Assembly (NCBI GenBank): GCA_964023285.1
Contig: CAXIEN010000093.1
Coordinates: forward strand, 2,503,739 to 2,567,738
From: Larinioides sclopetarius
Taxonomy: Eukaryota
DNA length: 64,000 nucleotides
Reading direction: 5' to 3'
Part shown: positions 1 through 12,866 of the stretch, in pieces
Position numbering within the stretch: position 1 is the first letter of the stretch
How the letters are laid out: each line of letters begins with the position of its first letter
The notes under the pieces: model-generated
What the model saw: the letters and a program-made list of their open reading frames with translations, nothing else
The model's database searches: none
Told to the model about the DNA's origin: nothing
Program-made: the position numbers and the translations under genes

Positions 1-1539
1 AATCAATTTCCTGGATAATTGCATTATCTACTTGCAAGAATTTTTTAACTGGAAATGGGTCATTTGCAATAGTTGTTCGCTTGCGTTCTTTTGCATAATT
101 TGTTTGCCTGGCATGTCTTAATTTTTCTTTATTTAACATATAATAATCTTTTAGTACGTTTTCCTGAGTGTAGTTTTTACCGCGAATTTCTTCAAATAAT
201 TTTTGGATTCTACAGTTGCTTGCACAATACAACTGGCTTCAACTGATTCATTTGAGGCATTTATTTCATTGCGTAGGGATTTATCTCTACCAGTACCTTC
301 TAATGTGTCACTTCGTTCACTTAACTGGAGCACTTTTTGTTTTTTCGAATCTCTATAATAGGCCTGCTTGTTGTTGTGTTTTAATCGTAATTTGGATGAC
401 ATTTTCTATTCTATTCTCTTTATATACATTTAAACATCAAATCATTTCCTATATGCATACAAATACGGACAGATACAAAATAATGAAATATTCTATACAC
501 TTAAGAATTCGGTCAATGATCAACAAATACGCGGCAATTAGCAGCGTTTTCGGTTGGGAAAATAGGGTTGTTGGGAAAAATGGTCGCCATTTTGGCGTAC
601 TATCGCCCTGAGATGCTAATTTTACAGTTTTATGCTAGTTAAAGATATAAATATTTTTTTAACTGAAACATATCAAAGGCACTAAGTTAGCTTATAGCTA
701 ATCGAAAAAAACCAACCCTCAATGAAATCTGTTCAATATTAAGCCCTATAGGTCTTCCTAAAGTGTTGAAATAATTCTTGGCGACAACCCGATTCTGACA
801 AAATCACTAACTTTACGGAAAATTAAAAATTCCGTATCTCGGTTAATTTTTAACTTTGAAAGTCCATTTTTATCCCAATTTAAAGTACTCGTTGCTAAGA
901 TTCTTCTACTTTTTGTTTTAATTTCGTTCGATTCTTGGTTCATTCAGAATTTTATAATTTACGCAGATTGCTTTAACATGGAAAGTATAGACGAAAGAGG
1001 TGCAGAGTATATGAGCAGGAGGCGGTCTGACGAATTTTTGTACTTGATGCGTTTATTCACTTGGCGTCTATTTTGTTTTTTCAGCTTGGCATTGCAGGTC
1101 GACCGTCTTGCTTGATTAAGGTTAGCAGTACAGTGCAAAAAGCCTACAGACAGCCATAAAATAAAACAGCCTTTGTGTATGGCTCCCAACCTATTTAAGG
1201 AAATATACAATCGAAAAGAAACCTACCTCTTGGATAATTATTACTTACATTTCATATAAGATTATTTTCGAGTCTGATTATTTCTTTTTAAAGATTGCCA
1301 ACATTGGTGGCACTGAAACTGCTTGAACCGCGTGGGAAAATTAGTCCGTGGCTTCGCCGTCATTTACTTTTATAATACCATTGCATATCGTTAAATATCG
1401 ATTTATCTTAGTCGATATATCACGATGATAAAGTCTGATCATTGCCCAGCCATACCCACCAGTCCTTGAAGAGTTTTTGGGTCATCCCGGGATAACTGAT
1501 GCGGCTTACGTTCCTGAATTCACAGTTGAGGCAGCAAAG

Positions 1540-2871
1540 TTATGTTCACAGTTGAGGCAGCAAAGTTATTTATAGGTGCTGACTTTTTTGCATATTTAGT
1601 CACGGTATCAAACAGATATTATTATCAGAATATGAATCAGTTTAAAATATTTCGCAAAATACAAAATGTGGAAAGATATTACAATTCCGGAGATGAAGAA
1701 ATTTTTGGGGCTCATATTTTCATGGGACAAGTTCGTAAAGATACACGAGATGATTATAAAGATACACAGACACGCTGTTTTTTTTCTGAAACTATGTCAA
1801 AGTATAGATTTCGGCAAATATGAAAGGCTTGGCATTTCAATAACAATGAAGAAATCGCAGATAAATCTGATTGATTATTCAGTCATGCCTGTACTAAATT
1901 ATTTTCTAGAAAAATTTAATATTTACAAACCAACAGGTATCGTTAGATGAGGGCATAATACCTTGGAGAGGACGATAGTTTTTTAGAGTTTACAATGCTG
2001 TGAAACTTCTAAAGTATGATATACTGATATGAATATTATCTGAAAGTGACACGGGTTATTTTTGCAGCTTTTAAGTTTATGTAGCTCAAGGATTACAGTT
2101 GATCAAAATGATTCACACACTAGTTTCATCATGTCCCGATGTCTGGCATCATTGGTACATAGATAATTACTACAACAGCTTTGATAACACGGAAGCTCTT
2201 TTACAACCCCTCCCCCCCCAAAAAAAATACGAATTTGCTGAATCATTAGGAAGAGGTCTACCAGAGTGTCTGAAGAAAACTAGTTTAAAAAGAGAGGAAA
2301 CAATCTTTCGTAGAAAAAAAGCTATATTGACCCAAGTGTGGAAATCAAAGAAAGAAGTGAGTCTCGTCTCTTCAATCCATTCGGCGGAAATGAAAGAAAG
2401 CAATTATGTTCACCGTGTAACACAACAAAAAATTATAAAGCCAAATGCTGTGATTGACTAATAACAAGAACATGAAAGGAGTAGATCGGGCTGATCAATA
2501 TTTGTCCTACTATAGAATTTTGCCTAAGACAGTAAAGTGGACAAAGCGCTTAAACATGTATATGATCAATTGTGGACTTTTCAATGCTTATGTAGTGTAT
2601 AACTTTACACAATTTCAAAAAGTAAAATACAAGAAATTCCTGCATAATATCGGATTATACTGTGTTACTGATGAACCACTTGAAACCAGCACTCAAGAAC
2701 CAGAGCCACCCACATCTGCCGTGAAAAGGATATCAAAACGCGACCCTCCTAGAAGAGTATCCAGTGACCTGTTAGTTACATAGTGAAACATGTTTCATAT
2801 GTAACTTTTGTGGTGTTCCACTTCACAGAGGCAAATGCTTTGAACGATACCATACAGTAAAGAAATATTAA
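1540..2871 (+). mobile_element. piggyBac-like (PGBD) transposase remnant, frameshifted, non-functional
   Basis: ORFs 1542-1823, 1666-1950, 2099-2461 and 2454-2783 together show piggyBac transposase motifs. N-terminal: 'ITIPEMKKFLGLIFSW' and 'FFSETMSKYRFRQI' (compare 'FFSR.MSRDRF..I'). Core: 'KGVDRADQYLSYYRILPKTVKWTKRLNMYMINCGLFNAYVVY', which matches the 'GGVD..DQ....Y...RKT.RW' region. A C-terminal Cys-rich domain, 'CNFCGVPLHRGKCFERYH', ends at the TAA at 2869-2871. The pieces lie in three different frames, so the transposase is broken. Confidence 0.75.
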
Positions 2872-3451
2872 AATTTCATCATTCCTATTTGTACTTGTTG
2901 TTATGAAAAAATATATTTGAATCTATGGTAGAACTCTAAAAATTGTCTATTGCCATGAATTCGTAAAATTGTCCTTTTTTGTTAAAATAATCATAGAGCA
3001 TATATTTAGGTGTAAAATAAAAATGTTTTGCTGGGATAAACGAAGTAGTTTTTGATTTATTATGCAATTCAAAAAACGCCTGCTGCATGCGTAAGTCCGC
3101 GGCGAAATAGACCCGCATGCAATGTGTTACGACTTATCAGGTAATATAAAAGCTATTCTCTTTTTTTTTACCACTCTTAACGGAAATCAGTTTTTTTTTT
3201 ATTTCGCTTCCAAGTTTCTCTAATGAATTATTTAAAATAACTTAAAATCGTATTTTGTTATTTGTGTCTTTCTTATAATTTCTGATTGATTATTTATAGA
3301 GCTCCTAAATTAGAAGTTTATCAGCATGGTTGTAATACATCTTGCATATGTGGCACTATTTTATTTATTTCTCTGATTAATTATATATTTAGTATGTTAT
3401 TTTATTTAAGTACATGTTTATTCTGTTCAAATAATCCCCCTTTATATTTAG

Positions 3452-3588
3452 ATTGGAAATTTAGGAACTTCAGAAGTTACGACTGTGGGAACCATCAATG
3501 CTCGAATAACAGCTATTATCCATAATGTAAGAATTATTGTTTGTGGTAGTTCTGAAGGTGATATTGGACTCTTTTCTTATCCTGAAAT
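3452..3588 (+). CDS. WD40-repeat protein gene, candidate exon (first one seen in this window)
   Basis: Acceptor 'tttatatttag' and donor 'gtatgtat'. Open frame IGNLGTSEVTTVGTINARITAIIHNVRIIVCGSSEGDIGLFSYPE. It ends with 2 extra nt (AT), which join the first G of the next exon to make an ATG codon. Confidence 0.45.
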
Positions 3589-5884
3589 GTATGTATATTT
3601 ACTTTCAATTTTCAATTAATGTTCTTTTTCAAATAAATTGTCAATATTTAAATTTAAAAAATATTTCATAAGATTTTTTTCAGGCAGTTTTATTGTGTTA
3701 CGAAGACTTTTGCTAAAGTTTAGATAACTACTTACTTACTTACTTAGATAACTACTACTTATACTTAGTAAAAGTAGGATTTGGGGATGGGAAAGTCTTG
3801 GCTTTGTTCAAGAGGTCACTAGTTTGAGATCAAATACAAACACAGAGCATTGAGCTAGTTCACTTTCAATCCATAGTATGTCAATTACCCTCAAGTTGTT
3901 TTGGGTAAAAATACAAGGAGAGGAGAGTGTTATTCTTTTGATCATGTCAATTTGGCTGACAACTGTAAACAAAATTTGGTACTTTGTGTGCATAGTACAA
4001 AGACCATTTACCAATTGCTTACCATTACTAAAAACCATTGCTTAATCTAGTTTGAATGGAATGCTTATTTTGTTTTGAAGAAAAATATTCAACTAATTTC
4101 ACTATTATAAGTTAAGTATTGCATAGTTAATTTTTGTATCGAAGCAAAAATAATATAAGTGGTAGGGTCACATGAAGCTGTGTGTGGGACTTTAGACAAT
4201 TCAAGCTTCAGGGTCTGCAAACCAAAAGCATCTCTGCTGAAGTCCATCCAGTCACTGACTTGTTCTTTTTTCCGAACTCTACACGTTTTACATTCTCTAC
4301 ACCAATTTTCAATGTCAATGCAAAATTAGTCCCCAATAAAATCACTACCGGGTTTTTCATAAAGTGTTCCTGACTTCAAAATGTCTTTAATTGATATTGT
4401 CATGAGTCAGGCGCAGAAATTTTTGAATTCCGCTCTTAGGGAGAATTAATTGCCATCGACAGGAGCTTCAATTTTTACTCTTTCACTCGCAATTTAGAGC
4501 TCTGTCCTTAAGATGTAAGGGTAATCAAAGAGTCCAATATCATATGATTACAGTATTGTCCTTAACGATTTTGTGCCAAGTTATATCCATTGAATTTAAT
4601 TTCTTCAGAATCGGTTTAATACTTGGATTTCCTAGTTGCACTTTTTGGATCTCGCTTCAAAACCAGCTTTCCTCATTTGACATTTTGAATGCTTTCATGG
4701 AAATATCTGTTTCGATTCCGAGTGTCTTCTCAGCATTGAAGCAAGATTCGTTGCTCTCAATACAGAGTCGTTAAGCTAGGGTATCTGCATTTCCTTGAGG
4801 TTTCTTCGGGGTGCTGTAAATTAACTGAAACCAAAGAAATATACTCTCCTCCTGTTCATATCTTGTTCTTCTCCAAATCTATAGTAAATTTGCGTTTTTG
4901 TAGAAATCCTTTCCGAACATGAATTGGTGATATTAATTGTATAGACTCGGTGTTGGAATTTTCTGGATATGCATTCAATTTCCCATGTATCTTTGCCTTT
5001 CCTCTTGGTTCTTATTTTGCATCTCTGCTGGTATTACAAATTTTAATGTTAAGTGGAAACAACTCAATAATCAAATTTCTTCCCTTGATTCTAAGCTTCT
5101 GGCATAATAAAGAAAAATCGATTTTTTTTCTCCTTTTAAAATGGGTTTTGCAAATAATAAACTTTTGGAAATGGTAGGGAAATGTTAGATTTTTCTGATG
5201 AGTGTTATTTATGTATTAAATATTTCAAAATTAGAGGGTTTATATTTTGTTTTTTTGCCATAAATAAGCTGAAAATGTTTCTATAATGTATGGAGAAAAG
5301 TTAAAGCATGTCGAATACATGATAGAATTTTTTTAAAAAATGTCATTCAAATGAGTATTTACTTGTATACAAATTGCAATAATTATTGTAGTAGAAAATA
5401 ACCTATAAATTGCAAAATATATGTACATCTACTTAAATATTTTGAGAGGAGAATTTATTAATGATAGTGTTCAGAAAGCGTAATCGATCTAGGGGCTCCA
5501 TTACTCAGTAGTATAAGAGAACACAAAGTTTTTCAAAAATCTCTTTTGATTATATCAAAGCAACATTTTAAGCTACTTATAATTATTCAATGTTATTCAT
5601 TTAAGCAGCATTACTTTTTAATGGTTACATAAAATTTAGTTGATTTTCATAGAAAGTAGATTTTATTGAGACTTAAATTTATCTTCTTTGTGAAGAAATT
5701 TAAATACCATACTAGATTTAAGTATTTAATATATTCCATATTATCCATGTCTTTATTTAAGGAGCATTGTAACAATCTTTATTTTTTAGAGTAATGAGCT
5801 AAAAACTAAGTATTGATACAGAAAGAAATTCTGTCATTTATGTATTTTAACTTTTTTCTCTTTTACCTTTTCGATTTTTTAAAG

Positions 5885-5987
5885 GAATTCTAAAGTTGTT
5901 ACTGGAGCACATGGAGGGTCAGTTACAGCTCTGAATTTATTTGTTAGAGATGAAAGTGTGTGGGTTATAACAGCTGGTAGTGACAAA
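5885..5987 (+). CDS. WD40-repeat protein gene exon
   Basis: Acceptor 'ttttttaaag' and donor 'gtatga'. Encodes NSKVVTGAHGGSVTALNLFVRDESVWVITAGSDK, and the reading continues in phase into the next exon (…SDK|VIKLWE…). Confidence 0.7.
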
Positions 5988-6068
5988 GTATGAATTTTAT
6001 TCATATTTAAATAGTTAATTCTTATTGTCCTTTCTAAGGTATTCATGCATATTTAATATACTTTCTAG

Positions 6069-6173
6069 GTAATCAAATTGTGGGAGATTGATTATGAAGA
6101 ACTTGTTATGAAAGAAGAATTCTTCTCGAAGCACTATGATTATGTCACTTATTGTTCTTCATATCCTGATTGT
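6069..6173 (+). CDS. WD40-repeat protein gene exon
   Basis: Acceptor 'ctttctag' and donor 'gtatgt'. Encodes VIKLWEIDYEELVMKEEFFSKHYDYVTYCSSYPDC. The 'SDKVIKLWE' run across the junction is a classic WD-repeat signature. Confidence 0.7.
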
Positions 6174-6265
6174 GTATGTTATCAATTTTTTAATCAGAAG
6201 TTCTTTAAATCATTCCTAATGTTTATTTTACTATTTCTTATTAATTATGTGTTTCAAATTTTAAG

Positions 6266-6379
6266 TTTAACAGGTACCTTACCGGATCTCATGACAATAA
6301 TGTCATCTCACAAAATGAATTTGGTGAAAAAACTGTGTATGAAGGCCTTAAGACGAGCGTAATAAATATAGCATTCACA
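6266..6379 (+). CDS. WD40-repeat protein gene exon
   Basis: Acceptor 'aattttaag' and donor 'gtaagt'. Encodes FNRYLTGSHDNNVISQNEFGEKTVYEGLKTSVINIAFT. The 92-nt intron breaks the read-through ORF, as a real intron should. The acceptor choice (6265 versus 6273) was decided by phase. Confidence 0.6.
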
Positions 6380-7059
6380 GTAAGTTTCTTCACTTTTTAT
6401 AAGTTTTGCCTCGAATTTATTTTTCATATTTCTTAAAAATCTTCATGTTCTATAAATAATTGTGAAGGTAACATATTTCTTTCATTTAATGTTAGTCACA
6501 TAGATCTGATTTGCTGTCTTATTTTCTAGATCATAAAATATTCTTTACTACTTTTTTCGTATTAAATAAAAGTAGCAGCATATAATTGATTTATCCAAAA
6601 ACTTGTATTTATAAGATTCGTATAATCTTCTACATTGCTGTCTAAAATTAATGCACAATTTTGAGGATATTACACAATTGGATTAATGTGGATATTGTGG
6701 TTTGTACTTAGTTGCTGAGAACAGTAGGACTTACTATCATTAAACTCACTTTTTATAATGAAGTTTTGCTCACAAGGTCAGCCACCAGAAAAAAGTGAAA
6801 GCAAAAATGAAGTTTGATCCATTCCTTTTTGTCTGATAGCTGGTAATGAGATGTAACTTTTCTTAATGGTTATGTTTGATGTGCATGATATTTATATGCA
6901 TTTTCCTAAACACAATAAATATTGTGGAAGATATAAAAATTTTCTTAAAAATCCCAAATTTTCTACATTAAAAAATAGCTTAAAATATGCAGTTTCATTC
7001 AAATTGCATGAAACTTACAGAACACTTAAATATATATATATATGTTTTGTTCCAGCATA

Positions 7060-7846
7060 ACTTCCGAATGACTGAACTAATTTTGATGGAACTTGGTACA
7101 TGGGTTCCTCATAACCCACTTGAAGTACAGGGTTTGTGAATAAGGTCTTATAGAATGCCTCAGGGGAGGGGTGGATCAAAATCTCCAAGATCCATGTAAC
7201 AAACTGAATGTTTCGTAAATTTTACGGTTGTGCTGAAATTTGGTGCACAGGTTCCTCATTACACGATTTGAAGTGTTGGGGGTTTGAATAAGTTTTTATG
7301 AGTGAGTGACCCTAAATTTCAGAAATACATGCAATAATTTTTTCTATTTCTAAACGTAGCAATTTTTGTGAAACTTGGTACATGGGACCCTCATTATTTC
7401 TGATTTAAAGTACTGTAGGTTTAAATAAGCCCATGCCCTAAGGACGGGTGGGCCAAAATCCCCCAAATAAATCTAAGAAAAAGGCAGGTTGGCATGTTTC
7501 GCGATTTTGATGAAATTTGGCACACAGAATCCTCATTAGCTGACATGTATGAATAAATAGGCCTTAACAAAATCCCACCAGGGCAGGATTTGTCCACCCC
7601 CCAAACTAGTTACAAGTAAAAAAATAGGCCGGTTGGCTTGCTTTGGGATTTTAAGGATATTTGGTACATAAACTCTTCATTAGCTGACTTGTATAAGAAA
7701 ATAGGGCTTAAATCCTTTAGGGCAGGGTTGATCTAACCTCCAAATATACATGTAAAAAGTAGACCAGTTGACATTCTTCGATTTTAAGGAAATTCAATAC
7801 ACAGAATATTTATTAGTCGATTTGTTTGGTTAAACAGACCTTAATA
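7060..7846. repeat. Tandem satellite array with a unit of about 140-145 bp (left part)
   Basis: Five to six consecutive diverged units of the form 'aaatttggtacacagaatcctcattagctgac…aaataggccttaacaaaatccc…gggtgg…ggttggcatgtttcgcgattttgatg'. Confidence 0.8.
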
Positions 7847-9148
7847 CAAGGGTTGGAACTTTAATAATGTCAACTATTTATTTACATCTAATACAAAAGT
7901 GATACATGTCAGCAAGTCTTACAGTCCTTCAATATAGTTGCCAGCAATGTGTACAACCCGTTTCCAATGATGTGGAAGTCGTAGGACACCTATAGCAGTG
8001 CCTGTTCTGTTGATAATTTAAATGGAGCAGTCTACTGCTGCAAAAGTCACTGGAACCATTCTGAAGCGAATGCCATGAAGTGGTTCTTTCATCTTAGAAA
8101 TTAAGGCAAAGTCACAAGGGCTTAGATATGGGGAGTTTGGTGGATATACAGCATTTCCCAGCCCCATCGATCAAGTAAATCAGCCACAGCTTGTACTGCA
8201 TGTGGCTGAGCATTGTAATGCCAAATGATAAGAGCCTTCTGTAGAAGGTGTCGCCGATTTTTTCTCAAAGCTGGTCTGAGATGGTGTTCCAAAAATGAGC
8301 AGTAATACTGCACATTGATGGTCTGCTGTGGGGGAACGGTATGCGTTTGGATGACACCATCCCAGTCATACATGAGAATCACCATAACTTTCACATTGCT
8401 GGGGTTTTGACAAAGTTTCGAACTTCCTGGTGACCCGTAATGATGCCCTTCTTCAATTGGCGTTTCAGTTCAGCCTGGTACAAATCTCGCCCAGAGTAAT
8501 GTTTCAGCATAAGAAAGCCTCTCCTTCGCTCTCATAGCCCTGCAAGTGGGTTCGAGCAGCATTGTATTGTTGCCATTTCTGTCAAATTATGCGGAACCCA
8601 TCTTGAAGCAATTTTTCTAATGCCCAGGCTTCTTCAGAATGTGGAGCACACAGTCGAATGTGCAAATCCTGCCTGTCAGGACAGCTCACGAATCGTTTGG
8701 CGACGATCACTGCCCATTAGTGCGGCAACAGCATTCACTCCCGCTCTGCTAATACTAAGATGACCTGGCCAATGCATATCTGCTACATTTTGGCTTCCTT
8801 CGTTAAAGGCCTTTACCCATCTTACCACTGTTCTGTAAGGTAATGCAGATTCCCCGCAAGCCTCTTGAAGACCTTGATGATACTGTCATGCTGTACGACC
8901 TGTGACACATTTAATCTTTACCCAACTCCATTATTCTTCTTTGGAAAACATTGTGACAACACTTACTTTAGACCACAGGCTATTACAAGGCTCAGTGCTT
9001 CGCTTCACTCTGCATGCTCATGACATAGGAGAAGGGCGAGTTTTTTTTTGCTGAGAGTTAAGGTAGTAACTAACGTGGGGTATATGTGACATTCTTTGGT
9101 TTTGAGGTGTGGTGTGCAGTGTTGCCACTATTAAAGTTCCAACCCTCA
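7847..9148 (-). mobile_element. mariner-like element of about 1.3 kb, with terminal inverted repeats and TA target-site duplication; the transposase is degenerate
   Basis: Termini are 'CAAGGGTTGGAACTTTAATA…' at 7847 and '…TATTAAAGTTCCAACCCTCA' at 9148, inverted relative to each other, with TA at 7845-7846 and 9149-9150. The minus-strand ORF 8122-8394 encodes 'LIIWHYNAQPHAVQAVADLLDRWGWEMLYIHQTPHI', which matches the mariner C-terminal 'ILHDNARPH…LGWEVL.HPPY'. The remaining frames are disrupted. Confidence 0.85.
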
Positions 9149-9400
9149 TAAAACCCCTCAAGGAAGGGTAGGCCTAACCCCTAAATTCAAGCAACAAAAA
9201 GGTCAGTTTGAATGTTTCGCGATTCTTAAGAAATTCAGTACACAGTATCCTCATTAGCCTCATTGTACAAGTAAATAGGCTTTAACAAAATCCATCAATT
9301 GAGGGTGGGTCTAACCTTTCAAATACATATGACAAATAGGCTGGTTGGCATACTTTGCGATTTTGATGAAATTCAGTATACAGAATCTTCATTTTATACA
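9149..9400. repeat. Continuation of the same roughly 145-bp satellite array, to the right of the mariner insertion
   Basis: The units 'aaattcagtacacagtatcctcattagcctcattgtacaagtaaataggctttaacaaaatcc…' resume immediately after the mariner terminus. Confidence 0.75.
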
Positions 9401-9496
9401 TGCAATATATAAACACATTTGCACAAATACCATCGATACCACAAGTAAAGTGAAGCAAAGGCATAATACGATTGATCTGAGACTCTATCCTGCTGG

Positions 9497-9880
9497 AAAG
9501 TTTTTGTTTAAACTTTGGTATGAATATTTCTTTATAGCCAATATCAAGTACTATACGGAGGATAAATAAAGTGTAAGGTGTCCTTCCGGGTAGGTTCAGG
9601 CAATGTCTTCTAAAAACAAATAAAATATGAATTGATTGAACTGAAGTCTAATTCCCAGTTTTCAGCATATAAAACTGAAAATGGAGGTGTTAAATCTCTT
9701 TTTATCAATTCCTTAGATGATAATTATCAATAGGATAAGGTGAAATGTTTATATAGAACAGCTGGGGCAATTTTGAAGAAACATATTCAATTAATTGATT
9801 TAGGCATGTTTATTGCCAAAATATTATTTTTTTAAATGATTCTAACTTCATTTAACAACAACAATAAGGAGGTAACAGCT
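9497..9880 (+). repeat. Dispersed repeat copy 1 (direct repeat, pairs with 15690-16055)
   Basis: 'ctttatagccaatat…attgattgaactgaagtctaattcc…ggataaggtgaaatgtttat…caacaacaacaataaggagg' aligns with the second copy at about 75% identity. Confidence 0.6.
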
Positions 9881-11079
9881 CTGTTGTCATCCTCTTATCA
9901 TAGTTGAAGATAGTGACATCCATCCCAATATAGTCATCGTTTTGCTTAAAAAAGACATGTAAATGTAACTGGATTATAATAATTGTGAAATTAAAAAGAA
10001 TTCTAAAATTAATAATTAGAAAGCTAAATAAAAGTAAGATTCTTGGTTTTTGCAATTTTTATTTAACTTAATTAAGTTATTGATTCGGAACGCATATTTT
10101 ACTACAAATTTCAGCTTTCTCATTTGATAAGATATTTTATAAAAGAGAGAACAATATGAATTTCACACAAATTGAAATAAATAAATTTTTTTCCAACCCT
10201 GCTTTCGAATACAATTTTACATGAAATGCTTTGAACTAAATGTCTACACTTTAGCCAAATTTTCATTTTTTTAAAATCAAATGTCTAAAACTAAGGAGAT
10301 TCAAATTATAATGTTTGCAACATTAGCACTGTCTTGAAGTTTGAAAATAGAAGATAAAATGAAAATAAATACCATTTTTTACTGCAAACGTCATTCAACT
10401 TTTTAAAATTTATTAATTTGAAATGCATAGCAATTTTAATTTCTATGTATGCTAAAAATAATTTGACAAACATAAATTCCAAATAATCGTTTCAACAATA
10501 AGTATTTTTAAATGAATACTTAAAAATAGATATAGCAAAATTTTAATTCGATTTTATTTAAAAATGTCTAAAATTTAGTTAGACTAGATCTTGTAATTTT
10601 GAGCCGTGGCAGGGGCGTATCCAAAATTTTTTGAATGGGGGTGTGGTATTAGTTATCAAGAAATTATTTATCTGAAAATTTATCACATTTTAAAAATGAG
10701 CTAATGTTTATACATTATAATAAAATTACAAAAATTACAGTTTTATTTTTCATTTTGTGATTTAATGGTTTTATTTAACATTTCGAAATTTACACAATAT
10801 ATGAACCGATTTCTTTTTGCTTCATTATAGACATTAAGAAAATTGTCCTTTAAACTATTCCATGATAAAATTATAAATATGAGCATTGTTTATAAATTTA
10901 ATTTATTCTTTTATTAGAAAATAATTAAAAAATAAATTTAATTAAGTTATTAAGATAGAAATTTTAGTTTTTAAAATGATTTTCTTTTAAAGTCTGAGTT
11001 AATCTTTTTGCAAAATTTCAATTAGTGTTTGAAATTTAGAAGCTATAAATGCAATTCATAAAAAATCTTCATAAAGGAA

Positions 11080-11235
11080 AAGCACTAGGCCTGACGGAAT
11101 TGACAATATTATTATTCAACAAATCAATAAACGATTTCCTATTCTGTTCATGGAACTTATTAACAAAGGTCTGTATCTTGGGGCATTCCCTGACCCTCGC
11201 AAGTTATTTAGTTCCAAATTGATTTGCCCCAACTG
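11080..11235 (+). mobile_element. Fragment of a non-LTR (LINE) retrotransposon reverse transcriptase
   Basis: Translation 'K(A)LGPDGIDNIIIQQINKRFPILFMELINKGLYLGAFPDPRKLFSSKL' resembles the RT N-terminal 'GPDGI…F…L…N' block. No ORF flanks it. Confidence 0.45.
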
Positions 11236-12589
11236 TATTACTAAAATAAATGTTGAAAGATGATGGTTTCATAAAGAGTTTTATTCGTTTTCTAACTGTT
11301 TAAACAATAAAATTTTTATTTCTTGAAATTGCCCAGTTTAAAGATATATGTAAAGATTTTTATTACAAATTTCAAAAACTGTTTTTTCATAATATCTGTA
11401 TCTGAGAAATGTAATACCCATGACATACTAAAATAGCTTTTCGCAGCATCTAAAGGATAAAATATATCCCAAAAGTACTGCAATTTGGAAGTCATTTTGA
11501 AATAGACAGATCAGTTTAAAGTATCCAAATAAGAAATAAAAACAAAACAAAAAAACCCCAAAAATCTATAGTGATGTTCTACATAAACTTTCCCTAATTT
11601 TCTCATTGAATTTATCTTGTTTGCCTTGGTAATTTAAATTTGAAATTGTTTTCTAGGCTTATTCTTCATACTCTTGAATAAATAAATAGTTGACAATTCG
11701 AATTCAGCATTATTTAAAAAAATTTCAAAAATTTTGTATTTTAATTAAATTTGTCATTGAATAATCTTGATAGAATTGAACTGAAGTTGCTTTGAGCAGG
11801 TAATAGAAGACAGCTTGCTTTATGCATACAGAAAAACAACATTATGAATTGTGGTGTATGGCATATGGCTGTAAGGGAAAATTATGTGTCCCTATCTTTA
11901 CATTATTAGAAATTTTAGAGCTAAAAGTATTCTAGAATACAGTTCTAAACAGATATTTAGAACTGTATTCTAGAGTACCTTTTGCTTCATAGTGTTGTAC
12001 TCAATGATTAGTATACAAAGATTTCAAACAGGAGTGTGATGCTCTCGGGCACACCTTTTCAATACTTGTCCGTAATTTGCGTGTTCTCTTGGGGAGAAAT
12101 TTATGCTTCATATAGTATTCAATTTCAGTTCTATATTTCTTGTTGGACTTTGAAATAAATAACCAGGAGTAAATGTTATGCAGAGCTTGCAATATGCTCC
12201 TTGCTTATATTAAATAAAAAACTACCAGTAGCCTGGAATATTCTTTTCCAAACGATGAAAACTGATTAACATCATGCACAACTGTATCTGTATCACGGAA
12301 TAGAGCAACATCTCTGTTTCTAAAAGAGCTTGTGGAATTTTTACTTCCCGGTACAATTAATGAAGGAATTTTCGAGAAGTTTTAGCTGTACTATCGACAA
12401 CTTCTTCAAGGAATACTAATTTAGATGACACTGCATGGAATCTCCTTTTCATTGTCTACTTCCACAGTATTGATTTTCAAAACAAATGCACTAAAACAGA
12501 TTAAAAAAATAATTCTAGATTCTGTGTATTTTTTGCATTTTTTCTCCAATAGTAGTTTCTTTTGCACTTGTTGATAATAGCTGACGGGA

Positions 12590-12866
12590 GTTTTCTCTTT
12601 TGTTAATATATGACAGAATACCAAGCAAAAAAGTTGGGAAATCACTAAAAAGTTGGATGCCGCCACTGAGGATCTCGGGGGGTGCTCGAGCACTGAGCCG
12701 AGGTCTGATGGGAAGGGCAGCACCTGAGCTGATACCCTTTCCAAGCTTCCACATTACAACAGCAAGAGGATATTTGACCACTGCCTTACATGGTGGAACT
12801 TCTCGAGTTTCGAGTCTAGAAAATCCCTGCCCTGAAAAAACCTTACCGCTAGGCCACTGCAGCCAT
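12590..12866 (-). mobile_element. tRNA-derived SINE copy
   Basis: The minus strand begins 'GGCTGCAGTGGCCTAGCGGTAAGG' (an A-box-like sequence) followed by 'GACTCGAAACTCGAG' (a B-box-like sequence). An A-rich tail lies toward about 12600. This explains the overlapping 100-140-aa ORFs on both strands at 12421-12937. Confidence 0.6.

Noticed and set aside
216-611. A 131-aa ORF and other 60-140-aa ORFs scattered through the window, for example 2099-2461 and 21454-21735.
   Set aside because: They fall in AT-rich or repeat DNA with low-complexity translations. They are either transposon remnants already accounted for or chance ORFs. None has splice-site support or WD-like content.
6078-6362. A 94-aa ORF that reads straight through two exons and the intron between them.
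   Set aside because: The middle part (6174-6265) is AT-rich, has canonical GT…AG ends, and its translation, 'VCYQFFNQKFFKSFLMFILLFLINYVFQILS', has intron-like low complexity. The spliced model gives better WD40 sequence.
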